Positions 18,601 through 27,841 of a stretch of DNA of 64,000 bases are shown here, one piece after another. The translations under genes and the position numbers were made by a program. Position 1 is the stretch's first letter. Every line of letters begins with the position of its first letter. A model generated the notes under the pieces. The model was not told the DNA's origin, did no database searches, and saw only the letters and a program-made list of their open reading frames with translations. Origin of the DNA: an uncultured Victivallales bacterium (lineage in GTDB: Bacteria; Verrucomicrobiota; Lentisphaeria; Oligosphaerales; JABHEG01); contig CAZSNT010000010.1 in NCBI GenBank assembly GCA_964607765.1, forward strand, positions 27,049 through 91,048, in the 5' to 3' direction.

Positions 18601-19450
18601 GAGGGTCCCGGGAAAGCTGGAGTTTGCCGACGAGGCCGAGGCCATGGCCCGGTTCAGTGGCGGTGAGGGCGCCCTGCTCCGGATCGTGCGGTCCAGCGAC
18701 GGCAAGAAGATATCCGAATGCAGCCTGACAGCCGTCCCTGTCTTCGACGGCATGTCGGCCGCCGCCGGCCGCCTGTATGTCGCACTGCGCGACGGCAGTC
18801 TGGTCTGCTTCGAAACGGGCGAGGGCACGCCGCTGCCTGATCCGCCGCCACCGCCGCCGGAGACCGCGCCGACGCCCAAGCAGTCGAACCAGACAGCCAA
18901 GCCGCCACCGCCGCCGGCGAAGCTCGCCGGCAAGAGCAAAGTTGCGGAGTTCGCACATGTTGACGCAGCGGGTGTGGTGGAGTCCGACCTCGGCTACCGG
19001 GTCGCGGCCAGGAAGGGCCAGATCGCTCTTGCGCTCCGCAAACTGGATTCTCCTCTGGGCAGCAAGGGCGTGTTCACAGCACGTCTGCGATGCGCGCCTG
19101 AATACCGCTACCCGCACGTTTACGAGAACGCCTTCATCGCGTTGGGCAGTGGCACGGCAGACGCCGACCTGGTCAAGTGCGGCCTCAAATTCGTGCAGAA
19201 CAGTGCCGTCATCCTGACCGGCACCGCGAAGGGCCCGGCAGCGGCCACGGCGAAGCTGCAGTACAACAGCACAAAGCCACTCGAGGTCCGGGTGGTTGCG
19301 GACTTCGCAAAGAAGGAGGTCGCCCTGACCGTGGCCGGAAAGACTCTGAAAGCGCCGATCCCTGCCAAGATCACGTCGATCAGCCACGTCGGTTATTGCA
19401 CAACGAACGCGGTCAGCGACTTCAGCACGATCACTGTCGAAGGCAAATAG
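15605..19450 (+). CDS. Secreted PQQ-binding-like double beta-propeller protein with N-terminal SAM-MTase-like domain and Pro-rich-linked C-terminal beta-sandwich domain
   Basis: Signal peptide; VVSHVGCGDG...LPYTDNLVNLIV...RVLAPGG; repeated DG/TG-x-x-x-W propeller blades; DWPTYRH; PDPPPPPPET linker. Confidence 0.88.
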   Translation: MITPRTRTHVALWLTALLSICTTALHAAPPGPKEIAGKVLATAGIPGGVVSHVGCGDGALTAALRVSDRFRVQGLDTDVGNVKRARAHIRGLGLYGKVSVARFGGKRLPYTDNLVNLIVCAAESAPPQQEMMRVLAPGGCIVFVSFDGDQLKTERLAKPWPAAIDEWTHFLHSPDNNAVCRDSVVGIPRSFQWVCGPRWGRSHEEFASMSAAVTARGRIYYIVDEAPLTFIRFASDWKLVARDAFNGTLLWKRGISSWNDHLRHFRSGPAHLPRRLVAVGNTVYVTLGFTEPVTALDGITGKTLRTYKGTERTEEIVVNDGVLYVVVGTSEAERRGGGLHQRDEPEPTGMRQIMAFQAESGSRLWRNDVSKTNILPLTMALQGNRLYYQSLSHIVCLGSRTGKQLWATPRQTPARRMGFSAPTLVATDSVVLCADRDAGKKEEDAPSTGMLVWGVHGWNEKGFARKGACTLRAYNAADGAELWSVSCREGYNSPVDVFVVGSVVWVGPDFRGFDLKTGEAVAKVNTKAPRVGMSHARCYRNKASEQFIFTCKSGIEVLGLAERKWLSNNSWVRGTCQYGIVPANGLIYAPPDACACFLTVKAPGFFAVAPQRGADGRMPFPAEPVLEKGVSYGQAAATAVASATDWPTYRHGPARSGFASCPLPEFPRQRWSTALGGTLTQAAIAGGKVFVAGVDTHTVHALSADDGTVLWHHTAGGRIDSTPSVHNDTLLFGSTDGWVTCLSVADGAVRWRFRAAPEQRLVSVYGQLESAWPVHGAVLVQNDTAYVTAGRSTYLDGGLVLYRLDPATGKQLSRTMLYHLNPETGEQLVPEAKFNMEGTTSDVLSGNGDQVFLKYFTFDRNGKRTETKEPRLFGITGFLGEDWFVRSYWIIGTQIGAGWGGWANAANTYASGRLLCFNQDMVYGYGRQKVAGGPTGHRADAYHLFGMPRKAAAATKDKRGKKRPSRPIPTWSDRSSLLGRALVAGDALLAVAGPPDVGQRVPGKLEFADEAEAMARFSGGEGALLRIVRSSDGKKISECSLTAVPVFDGMSAAAGRLYVALRDGSLVCFETGEGTPLPDPPPPPPETAPTPKQSNQTAKPPPPPAKLAGKSKVAEFAHVDAAGVVESDLGYRVAARKGQIALALRKLDSPLGSKGVFTARLRCAPEYRYPHVYENAFIALGSGTADADLVKCGLKFVQNSAVILTGTAKGPAAATAKLQYNSTKPLEVRVVADFAKKEVALTVAGKTLKAPIPAKITSISHVGYCTTNAVSDFSTITVEGK

Positions 19451-19563
19451 ACCCGCCGCTGTTACACATATGCCTGCTTGTCGCGAGACTGCCCGGCAGC
19501 GGCCACGCATTGACAGCCCCCGAATCATGTAGCACGGTTTGATAGAGAGAGGACGGGCACACC

Positions 19564-20139
19564 ATGCCGAAGGAGAAGATCGTCAACGTCCCGAACACGT
19601 TCACTGCCATGCGGCTGCTGCTGCTGGCACCGGTCGTCTGGCTGGTGTGCTGCGGGACGAGATCCGCGGCATTGATTCTGTACGTGGTGTTTCTGTCGAC
19701 TGACGCCTTCGACGGTTACTTTGCGCGCAAGCTCCACCAGGAGACGAACTTCGGGGAGTACTTCGACTTCGTGGTCGACTTTCTCGGTTACTACGCACTG
19801 CTGATCACGTTCATGGTGACGGGGAGAATGGCCTGGTACAACACAGCTCTGATTGCGGGCGCCACACTGGCCCTGGTCTGGGTGACGATCACGCTGGCGC
19901 GGAAGGCGGGACGGGCCTACATGCCGCACCGCCTGTCGAGCAAATTCCTGGCCGTGCTGCTGATCGCCGCCATCGTGCCTTACATCCTCCGGCTGCAGCA
20001 CGCCAACACAGCCTGCCTGGTCATGCTTCTCATCGTTTACGCTTACCCCTTGACCGACTACATCCGCTTCACGCTCACGTTCAAGTCCGCGGACGATCAG
20101 GACCGAGCGAGTGCGGGGGACGGAGAGACTGGGCCGTGA
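19564..20139 (+). CDS. CDP-alcohol phosphatidyltransferase family protein
   Basis: NVPNTFTAMR and the signature DAFDGYFAR-x7-G-x3-D-x3-D; several transmembrane helices; GAGG RBS. Confidence 0.9.
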   Translation: MPKEKIVNVPNTFTAMRLLLLAPVVWLVCCGTRSAALILYVVFLSTDAFDGYFARKLHQETNFGEYFDFVVDFLGYYALLITFMVTGRMAWYNTALIAGATLALVWVTITLARKAGRAYMPHRLSSKFLAVLLIAAIVPYILRLQHANTACLVMLLIVYAYPLTDYIRFTLTFKSADDQDRASAGDGETGP

Positions 20140-20277
20140 ACGGGATCTCGCGACCGCGGAGCGTCGCGCTACGGGGATTGCGGCGGCCGGACGTGGCTCC
20201 GCGACGGACTCAAGGAGGAGGACGAGGGCAAGAACAGCCGTCCTGAATCCCGAGTTCGCTTCGAGAGTTCTCAACCA

Positions 20278-20350
20278 GCATCCGGCATCCGGCATCCGTG
20301 GGGCGGCTCTGCCATCCGCGGGGACACCACATCCGGCATCCGGCATCCGG
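20278..20350. repeat. Two short arrays of the heptamer GCATCCG
   Basis: 3 copies at 20278-20298 and 3 copies (first degenerate) at 20329-20349, same orientation, intergenic. Confidence 0.85.
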
Positions 20351-20462
20351 CCCCATGGCAAAAACTGCCCGGGCTCGTATAGTATTGCAGGGGCGGGATT
20401 ATGGACCATACGACACACAGCGTGATGCAGTTGATGCACACCAGGCCGAACGCGTCAGGCGC

Positions 20463-23400
20463 ATGATTCACACCACACAAGCTCCCCATCCCGGCGAATT
20501 CCTCCGACATTTCTGCGGCGACGTAATTCGGTTCACGCTGACTGTTCCTTCCAGCGCGGCCGGGACCTGCTGGTTGCGCACGAATGTCGGTCGCGCAGCT
20601 GTGCGCCACGACGAGGTCGTCCGACATGTGGAGCACGACCGCCCCATCTGGGCGGGCGACTGGCACGATGTGGAGATGGTGCGCGAGAGCGACGAGCTGT
20701 TCGGTGTCTCCGTGCCGCTCACCGAGGTTGGCGTTTTCGAGGCGAAAGCGTTCTTTCTGCGTGACGGATCCACCGAGCCCGTCTGGCCGGGCGGCCGGAA
20801 TACGACCATCAAAGTCGAACCGTCCGACACGTGCTGCGCGAACACGATCTATACGGCTTTTGTGCGACAGTTCGGCGAGTCCTGTACAGACGCCACGGCG
20901 CCCGACGCGCCCGAGCACCTGGAGCAGTTGGAGACGGCCGGATACACGACCATTCCGCCATCGGGCAAGTTCCGGGGCCTGATACGGCGTCTGGACTTCA
21001 TCATGGGCGAGCTGGGTTTCCGTATTATCCAACTGCTGCCCATTCACCCCGTTCCCACCACATACGCCCGGATGGGCAGGTTCGGCAGCCCGTACGCTGC
21101 GCTCGACTTCATGGACGTGGATCCCGCACTGGCCGAGTTCGATCGGCAGACAACGCCGCTCGACCAGTTCAGGGAACTCGTTGACGCGGTGCATCTGCGC
21201 CGGGGCAAACTGCTGATCGACATCCCGCTGAACCACACCGGATGGGCGTCCGTGCTGCAGAACCAGCATCCGGAGTGGTTTGTCCGTGGTGCGGACGCCA
21301 CTTTCCAGTCACCGGGGGCGTGGGGTGTGACCTGGGAGGATCTGTCCGAGCTGGACTTCAGGCACCGCAAGCTGTGGAATTACATGGCGGACGTGCTTCT
21401 GTTCTGGTGCCGGCAGGGCGTGGACGGGTTCCGCTGCGATGCCGGCTACATGATTCCGGTGCGCGTGTGGGAGTACATCACGGCGAAGGTCCGCGACCAG
21501 TTCCCCGATACCGTGTTTCTCCTGGAAGGGCTGGGCGGCAAGATCGAGACCATGGAGCTGCTGCTCTCGCGGGGCGGTCTGACCTGGGCCTATTCCGAGC
21601 TGTTCCAGAACTACGACCGCCCGCAGGTGAACGGCTATCTTCCCGGCTGCCTGCACATTTCGAGCACCAAAGGCACACTGGTCCATTTTGCCGAGACGCA
21701 CGACAACAGTCGCCTGGCCGCACGCTCGCACGGCTACGCTCGGCTGCGCACGGCTCTCGCCGCGTTGTTCTCGGACTGCGGCGCGTTCGGCATCACCAAT
21801 GGTGTGGAGTGGTTTGCCGCAGTCAAGCTGGACGTGCACGGCGCCATGCCTTTGAACTGGGGTGCGGCAGAGAACCAGACCGATCACATCAAACGGCTCG
21901 CCACACTGTTGCGGACACACCCGGCGTTCGGCAGCGCCACACAGCTGCACACAGTGGCCTGCGAGGCGTCGCACAGCGTTGCTCTGCGCCGATCGCCTCC
22001 GGATGCCGCGGACACGCTTTTCGTGGTAGCGAATCTGGCCGAGTCTCAGCCGGACGAGGTCAGCTGGTCGGATTCCGAGTACCCGTCGACCGGCCCCGCA
22101 TTAACCGACCTGCTCGCAGGTACGCCGCACAAGGTATGGCAGCACGGCGGACGCTGCGGGATACGCCTTGGCCCGGGCCAGGTCGTCTGTCTGGCGTCCA
22201 CCCCGGACGCGCTGCCCCGACTCGAAGCCGCACTGGCGGCCGGGGACATGTCTCTCGCGCGGATCGAGCAGCAGCGCGCCCGTGCCCGCGCGCTCCGCAT
22301 TCACACGCACTTCCAGGGGCTCAATCACCTGGAGGACGCCGCACCGGACATGTTGACGGCGCAGATGCTGCAGGATCCCGCGGGTTACTGCGCCGCGCTT
22401 GCGGGTCGGCAGCTGGCGCCCGTAACGCACTGGCAGTGGCCGCGGGACCTGCGCCGCATTGTACCGGTGCCGCCGGAGTGGTTTGTGCTGGTGCGAGCCG
22501 AGCATGACTTCCACGCCGAACTCCGGGATGGGGACCACGTCCTGTTCGGCGAACGCGCCTGCCGTGCCGACGACGGCTCGTATTTCGTGCTCGTACCGCC
22601 GCTCCGGCACGGGCCGCTGCCATGCACGCGCGAGCTGGCTCTGACGGTTTTCGAAGGCGACGGCTGCCGCCGCGAACGCGGGCAACTCCGCTTCGTTTCC
22701 ACCGAGAATACCGAAGCTGTGCAACGCGCCTTCTCGCGTGAGCAGGTGAAGTCGTACGGCTGTTTCGCGCTGGCCACGAACGGGTGCGGCGCAATGAGTC
22801 AGGTGCAGGGCGCATGGAGCGAACTGCACAGCCAGTACGATGCAGTGCTGGCGGCCAACATCCACCCCGACTTCCCGGTCGATCGGCGTATCCTGTTGAC
22901 GCGCTGCCGAGCCTGGCTGGTGAATCGCGGCTACTCCCAGACCATCAACAAGGGCTGTCTGGCCGAGTTCGCCGCGGACGAGAACGAGCATGTGACATGG
23001 AGCTTCTCCGTGCCGGCCGGCATGGGCAAGACGGTGCCGTTGGAGGTCGTCCTGGGCTTGTCCCGCGGCAGGAACGCGGTGACGCTGGAATTCCGGCGCC
23101 TGCGCGGCCGCGGCGGAGAGCGTCTGCTGGACGACGACACCCCCGTGAAGATCATCGTGCGGCCCGACGTGGAGGACAGGAACTGCCACGAGACAACCAA
23201 AGCTTACACGGGCCCCGAAACAACGTGGCCGAGCGCGGTGCGGCCGCGTCATCGCGGCTTCTCGTTCTCTCCTTATCCCAATCACTGCCTGCGGATGGCG
23301 GCCACGCGCGGCGAGTTCACATCCGAGCCGGAATGGCACTACATGGTCCCGCATCCCTTCGAAGCGGAGCGCGGTCTGGAGGGCAGTTCGGACCTGTTCA

Positions 23401-24722
23401 GCCCCGGCTATTTCACTCTGACGCTGAAAGGCGGCCAGACAGCCGTGCTGCGCGCCGACGTCGCGAAGCCGTCCGACAGCGCGGGCCGGGTCGGTGTCCC
23501 GGTCAGCTTCAAGCCCGGGCCGTCGTCGCGCTGCGACATGCTGGACAGCCTGCGCACGAGCATGCGCGCGTTCCTGGCCAAACGTGACGATTCTCTGACC
23601 GTGATCGCCGGCTATCCGTGGTTCCTTGACTGGGGCCGGGACACACTGATCTGCCTCCGCGGCTACATTGCCGCCGGGTACGTGGAAGAGGCAACAGAGG
23701 TACTGCGTCAATTCGGACGTTTCGAAGCGAACGGTACACTGCCCAACATGATCCGCGGCGACGATGACTCCAACCGCGACACGTCAGACGCGCCGCTGTG
23801 GTTTTTCGTCGCGTGCCGGGACCTGGTCGCCGAACTCGGCACGGACCTTCTCGACATGGACTGCGACGGACGGTCTCTGGCCCAGGTCCTGCGCTCCATT
23901 GCCAACTCCTACCGCCGGGGGACGCCGAACGGTATCGGCATGGACCCGGACAGCGGGCTGATCTTCAGTCCGCCGCACTTCACGTGGATGGACACGAACC
24001 ACCCGACGGGCACGCCGCGCCAGGGCTATCCGGTCGAGATTCAGGCGCTGTGGCACGCTGCCCTGCGGTTTCTGGCAGAGCACGATGACACAGAAGACTG
24101 GGCCGGGCAGGCCGAGCAGGTGCGCCGCGCCATCCAAACCCACTTTTTCAGCGCCGATCTCGGGTTCCTGTCCGACTGCCTGCACGCGCGCCCCGGTCAG
24201 CGCGCAGCTCAGGCGCACGCCGATGACCATCTCCGTCCCAACCAGCTGTTTGCTGTCACGCTCGGCGCGGTGGAGTGCCCGACGGTGTGCGCGGGTATCC
24301 TGGCGGCGTGCGAGGAACTGCTCGTGCCGGGCGCCATCCGCAGCCTGGCCGACCGGCCCGTGTCGCACGCACTGCCCGTACGGCGGCACGGCGCGTTGCT
24401 CAACGACCAGCACGCTCCTTACTGGGGCACGTACAAAGGCGACGAGGACACACGCCGAAAGCCGGCCTACCACAACGGCACAGCCTGGACGTGGGTCTTT
24501 CCCTCCTACAGCGAGGCGCTGTATCACGTCTACGGCGAAGAAGCGCGACAGCCGGGCATCGCTCTGCTGAACAGCGCGCTGGACCTGCTGAACAGGGCCT
24601 GCATCGGGCACATGCCGGAGATTGTGGACGGCAACGCGCCTCACACCGACAGGGGCTGCGGGGCCCAGGCCTGGGGCGAAACAGAGTTGTTCCGCGTGCT
24701 TGCCATGTTAACGAATGTCTGA
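20463..24722 (+). CDS. Bifunctional glycogen debranching enzyme: GH13 (alpha-amylase/glucanotransferase-like) domain + GDE N-terminal domain + GH133 amylo-alpha-1,6-glucosidase
   Basis: GH13 regions QLLPIHP, LNHTG, GFRCDAGY, LLEG and ETHDN; GH133 motifs IAGYPWFLDWGRDT, DAPLW, TWMD, PVEIQALW, RPNQL, YHNGTAWTW, PEIVDG and GCGAQAW. Start uncertain (20463 chosen). Confidence 0.9.
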   Translation: MIHTTQAPHPGEFLRHFCGDVIRFTLTVPSSAAGTCWLRTNVGRAAVRHDEVVRHVEHDRPIWAGDWHDVEMVRESDELFGVSVPLTEVGVFEAKAFFLRDGSTEPVWPGGRNTTIKVEPSDTCCANTIYTAFVRQFGESCTDATAPDAPEHLEQLETAGYTTIPPSGKFRGLIRRLDFIMGELGFRIIQLLPIHPVPTTYARMGRFGSPYAALDFMDVDPALAEFDRQTTPLDQFRELVDAVHLRRGKLLIDIPLNHTGWASVLQNQHPEWFVRGADATFQSPGAWGVTWEDLSELDFRHRKLWNYMADVLLFWCRQGVDGFRCDAGYMIPVRVWEYITAKVRDQFPDTVFLLEGLGGKIETMELLLSRGGLTWAYSELFQNYDRPQVNGYLPGCLHISSTKGTLVHFAETHDNSRLAARSHGYARLRTALAALFSDCGAFGITNGVEWFAAVKLDVHGAMPLNWGAAENQTDHIKRLATLLRTHPAFGSATQLHTVACEASHSVALRRSPPDAADTLFVVANLAESQPDEVSWSDSEYPSTGPALTDLLAGTPHKVWQHGGRCGIRLGPGQVVCLASTPDALPRLEAALAAGDMSLARIEQQRARARALRIHTHFQGLNHLEDAAPDMLTAQMLQDPAGYCAALAGRQLAPVTHWQWPRDLRRIVPVPPEWFVLVRAEHDFHAELRDGDHVLFGERACRADDGSYFVLVPPLRHGPLPCTRELALTVFEGDGCRRERGQLRFVSTENTEAVQRAFSREQVKSYGCFALATNGCGAMSQVQGAWSELHSQYDAVLAANIHPDFPVDRRILLTRCRAWLVNRGYSQTINKGCLAEFAADENEHVTWSFSVPAGMGKTVPLEVVLGLSRGRNAVTLEFRRLRGRGGERLLDDDTPVKIIVRPDVEDRNCHETTKAYTGPETTWPSAVRPRHRGFSFSPYPNHCLRMAATRGEFTSEPEWHYMVPHPFEAERGLEGSSDLFSPGYFTLTLKGGQTAVLRADVAKPSDSAGRVGVPVSFKPGPSSRCDMLDSLRTSMRAFLAKRDDSLTVIAGYPWFLDWGRDTLICLRGYIAAGYVEEATEVLRQFGRFEANGTLPNMIRGDDDSNRDTSDAPLWFFVACRDLVAELGTDLLDMDCDGRSLAQVLRSIANSYRRGTPNGIGMDPDSGLIFSPPHFTWMDTNHPTGTPRQGYPVEIQALWHAALRFLAEHDDTEDWAGQAEQVRRAIQTHFFSADLGFLSDCLHARPGQRAAQAHADDHLRPNQLFAVTLGAVECPTVCAGILAACEELLVPGAIRSLADRPVSHALPVRRHGALLNDQHAPYWGTYKGDEDTRRKPAYHNGTAWTWVFPSYSEALYHVYGEEARQPGIALLNSALDLLNRACIGHMPEIVDGNAPHTDRGCGAQAWGETELFRVLAMLTNV

Positions 24723-24863
24723 TACAGTTCTAATGATCGGGCGATGGGGTATTGTATTGTCACTGATTAGAGTGTTACCCACTTGAACATAGTGCCCTGT
24801 TTCACGCGTAAGCGGGGGGGGGCATGCCTTTGGTATCGGGCGGCATTCGAGAGGAGAAAAGCG

Positions 24864-25142
24864 ATGGCGAGAACATCGACAAAAGGCAGGAAGCGGGTGA
24901 CGTTCGAGCTGCGTGCCGAGCCCGGAAGCGAGGTATTCGTAGCTGGCGACTTTAATGACTGGGCCCCCGCCAAACGGCCGCTGGTATACGATGAGAGTGT
25001 TTACAAGGCTACACTTCTGCTCCCCAAAGGGAGGCATGAATACAAATTTCTTATCGATGGAATCTGGTGCGTTGATCCTGAGTGCGCCGATTGGGTCCCC
25101 AATGACCAAGGCTCCCTGAACAGTGTCCTCTACGTCGAGTAG
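24864..25142 (+). CDS. Stand-alone glycogen-binding domain protein (CBM48 / AMPK-beta / isoamylase early-set)
   Basis: VFVAGDFNDW and GRHEYKFLIDGIWCVDP; AGGAG RBS before the ATG at 24864. Confidence 0.9.
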   Translation: MARTSTKGRKRVTFELRAEPGSEVFVAGDFNDWAPAKRPLVYDESVYKATLLLPKGRHEYKFLIDGIWCVDPECADWVPNDQGSLNSVLYVE

Positions 25143-25270
25143 TTGACACACGTTTCACCATACGCTCCACACACTACTGTATTGACCGGTTCCCCTCTCC
25201 GTCCGTCGCAGAGGGCGTTTCCTCTTGGCTGCCGGGCCCGCGTCTCGTTCCCTGTAAGGACTGCTGATCT

Positions 25271-27841
25271 GTGAAAATGAACCGAATCCAGCTTTTCAAC
25301 GTCTCTCCCGCTGTTCCCGAGCAGCTGCATTTCCTGGAAGTACTGGCACGCAACCTATGGTGGTGCTGGAACATAGATGCCATCGAGCTGTTCCGTCGGA
25401 TCAGCCCCCAATACTGGCGCGACCTCGGCCACAATCCCCTGCTGTTTCTGAGCACGATCCCACAGGAACGGCTGGAAGTCATGATTGAGGATGACGCGTT
25501 TCTGCAGCACCTGAATGCTGTCCAGGAGCGCTTCAACGCGAGCGTGAGTCGGCCGGAGACGGAGCAACCGGCCCGGACGGCTCCGCACTGCATCGGGTAT
25601 TTCTCGCTCGAGTACGGCATCCACGAGAGCCTTCGCCTCTACTCAGGCGGTCTGGGTGTTCTTGCCGGCGATCATCTGAAAGCCGCCTCCGATCTCGGTC
25701 TGCCGTTGGTCGCGGTTGGTCTGCTGTATCGCCAGGGCTACTTCCGGCAGTCCCTGGACGGCAGCGGCTGGCAGCGTGAGCACTATCCGCAGAACGAGAT
25801 TCAGAACATGCCGCTGAGCCGGGCGTTGGACGCGAACGGGGACGAGGTGCAGGTGACCGTGCCGCTTCCCGACGGTGAGTTGCGCGCCATCGTGTGGCGG
25901 CTGGACGTGGGTCGCATTCCGCTCTACCTGCTCGACACGACCATTCCGGAGAACCCGCCCGAGTATGCCGAAATCACGGGCCGGCTGTACGGCGGGGGCC
26001 GCGTCACGCGTCTGCGCCAGGAACTGCTGTTGGGCATCGGCGGGTACCGGGCGCTCTTGCGCATGGGATACCATCCACATGTCTGCCACATCAACGAGGG
26101 GCATGCCGCATTCCTGAACATTGCCCGGGTGGCGCATCTGATGGAGGCCAAAGAGTGTACACTGGATGCAGCGACCGAGATAGCGGCCCGCACGAATGTG
26201 TTCACCACACACACGCCTGTTCCGGCGGGCAATGAGTATTTCGACCTGGAGATCCTGAAGCCGCACCTGACGGCGATCGCCAAGGAGATCCCCGTTGCGC
26301 CGGAGAAAGTGATCAGTTGGGGCACAGACCCGAGCAACGAGGCCGGCGAGGAGCTGTCCATGACGGTGTTCGGTCTGCGGTTGGCCCGCAACAGCAATGG
26401 TGTGAGCGAACTGCACGGCATGGTGGCTCGCCAGATGTGGCGGCACCTGTGGCCCGGCAAGCCCGACGACGAGATCCCGGTCACGCACATCACGAACGGG
26501 GTTCACGTGCCGTCGTGGCTGTCTCCGGATAACCTGGTGTTGTACGACCGCTATCTCGGCCCGCAGTGGCGCAATCATCCGAACGCGCCGCGCACGCTGC
26601 GCCGGATTGCCCAGATCCCCGACGAGGAGCTGTGGCACGCGCACGAGTTGAGCCGTTCCCGTCTCGTGCGCACTTCGCGCGAGCTGTTGGAGAAGCAACT
26701 GCGCGGCCGTCATGCCAGCCGCGCCCAGATAGCCCAGTCCAAGTCTTCCCTGGATCACGACGCCCTGACCATTGGGTTCGCGCGTCGGTTTGCCACGTAC
26801 AAACGCGCCACGCTGTTACTGCGCGACCCGGCCCGGTTCGAGGCGCTTCTGACCAATGAAGACCGGCCTGTGCAGTTCATTTTCGCGGGCAAAGCACACC
26901 CGGACGACCATGACGGCAAGACGTTTATCCAAGAGCTTGTCCGGTTCGCGAACAACCCGAAAGTACGACGCAGGATCGTGTTCCTCGAAGACTACGACAT
27001 CTACACGGCCCGGTACATGCTCCAGGGCGTCGATGTCTGGCTGAACACACCGCGCCGGCCCATGGAAGCCAGCGGCACGTCCGGCATGAAGGCCGCGGTC
27101 AACGGCGGCGTGAACGTCAGCATTCTGGACGGGTGGTGGTGTGAAGGCTACGCCCCGGACTGCGGCTGGGCGATCGGCACGGGCGAAGAGTTCGACAACC
27201 CGGAGTATCAGGATGCCGAGGAGTGTATGGCTCTGTACAACCTGCTGGAGAACGAGGTGGTGCCGTGCTTCTACGACCGCCCGTTCGGCGAGCTGCCCAC
27301 GCTGTGGGTCAAGATGATGAAGGCATCGATCCGTATGGGGTTGAGTTTCTTCACCAGCCACCGCATGGTTGCCGAGTACAGCACGCGGTTCTACGAACCG
27401 TCTTTCCGCTCCTACGAGGAGCTGACCGCGAACCATTCGAAAACCGCGAAGACATTCGTGCGTCAGCAGAAGCGGCTGGCCCGGCTGTGGAAGCACGTGG
27501 CCGTCAGCTTCCCTGTCGCGGACCGCGACACGTCAACGGTCCATGTCAGTGACGAGTTCACCGTCACCTCGACGGTATCCCTCGGCACACTGCGCCCTGA
27601 AGAAGTGGACGTTGAGGTCTACTACGGGCCGGTCGATCCGCAGAACCACATTGTCAAGAGCCATGCCAGCCGCATGGAGCTTGTGGAGGATCTGGGCGAG
27701 GGTGTGTACGTCTACAGTCAGCGCATTCCATGTGAACGGACGGGACGTTACGGGTTCACGGCACGGGTCGTGCCCGACGGCACGTGCTGGCGGGGGTTGA
27801 TGCCGGGATTCATTACCTGGGCTGACGGAGAAGAAGCATGA
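25271..27841 (+). CDS. glgP: Alpha-glucan (glycogen) phosphorylase, GT35
   Basis: YSGGLGVLAGDHLK, HINEGH, FTTHTPVPAG, ITNGVH, FARRFATYKRA, AGKAHP and EASGTSGMKA (PLP lysine). Confidence 0.95.
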   Translation: MKMNRIQLFNVSPAVPEQLHFLEVLARNLWWCWNIDAIELFRRISPQYWRDLGHNPLLFLSTIPQERLEVMIEDDAFLQHLNAVQERFNASVSRPETEQPARTAPHCIGYFSLEYGIHESLRLYSGGLGVLAGDHLKAASDLGLPLVAVGLLYRQGYFRQSLDGSGWQREHYPQNEIQNMPLSRALDANGDEVQVTVPLPDGELRAIVWRLDVGRIPLYLLDTTIPENPPEYAEITGRLYGGGRVTRLRQELLLGIGGYRALLRMGYHPHVCHINEGHAAFLNIARVAHLMEAKECTLDAATEIAARTNVFTTHTPVPAGNEYFDLEILKPHLTAIAKEIPVAPEKVISWGTDPSNEAGEELSMTVFGLRLARNSNGVSELHGMVARQMWRHLWPGKPDDEIPVTHITNGVHVPSWLSPDNLVLYDRYLGPQWRNHPNAPRTLRRIAQIPDEELWHAHELSRSRLVRTSRELLEKQLRGRHASRAQIAQSKSSLDHDALTIGFARRFATYKRATLLLRDPARFEALLTNEDRPVQFIFAGKAHPDDHDGKTFIQELVRFANNPKVRRRIVFLEDYDIYTARYMLQGVDVWLNTPRRPMEASGTSGMKAAVNGGVNVSILDGWWCEGYAPDCGWAIGTGEEFDNPEYQDAEECMALYNLLENEVVPCFYDRPFGELPTLWVKMMKASIRMGLSFFTSHRMVAEYSTRFYEPSFRSYEELTANHSKTAKTFVRQQKRLARLWKHVAVSFPVADRDTSTVHVSDEFTVTSTVSLGTLRPEEVDVEVYYGPVDPQNHIVKSHASRMELVEDLGEGVYVYSQRIPCERTGRYGFTARVVPDGTCWRGLMPGFITWADGEEA

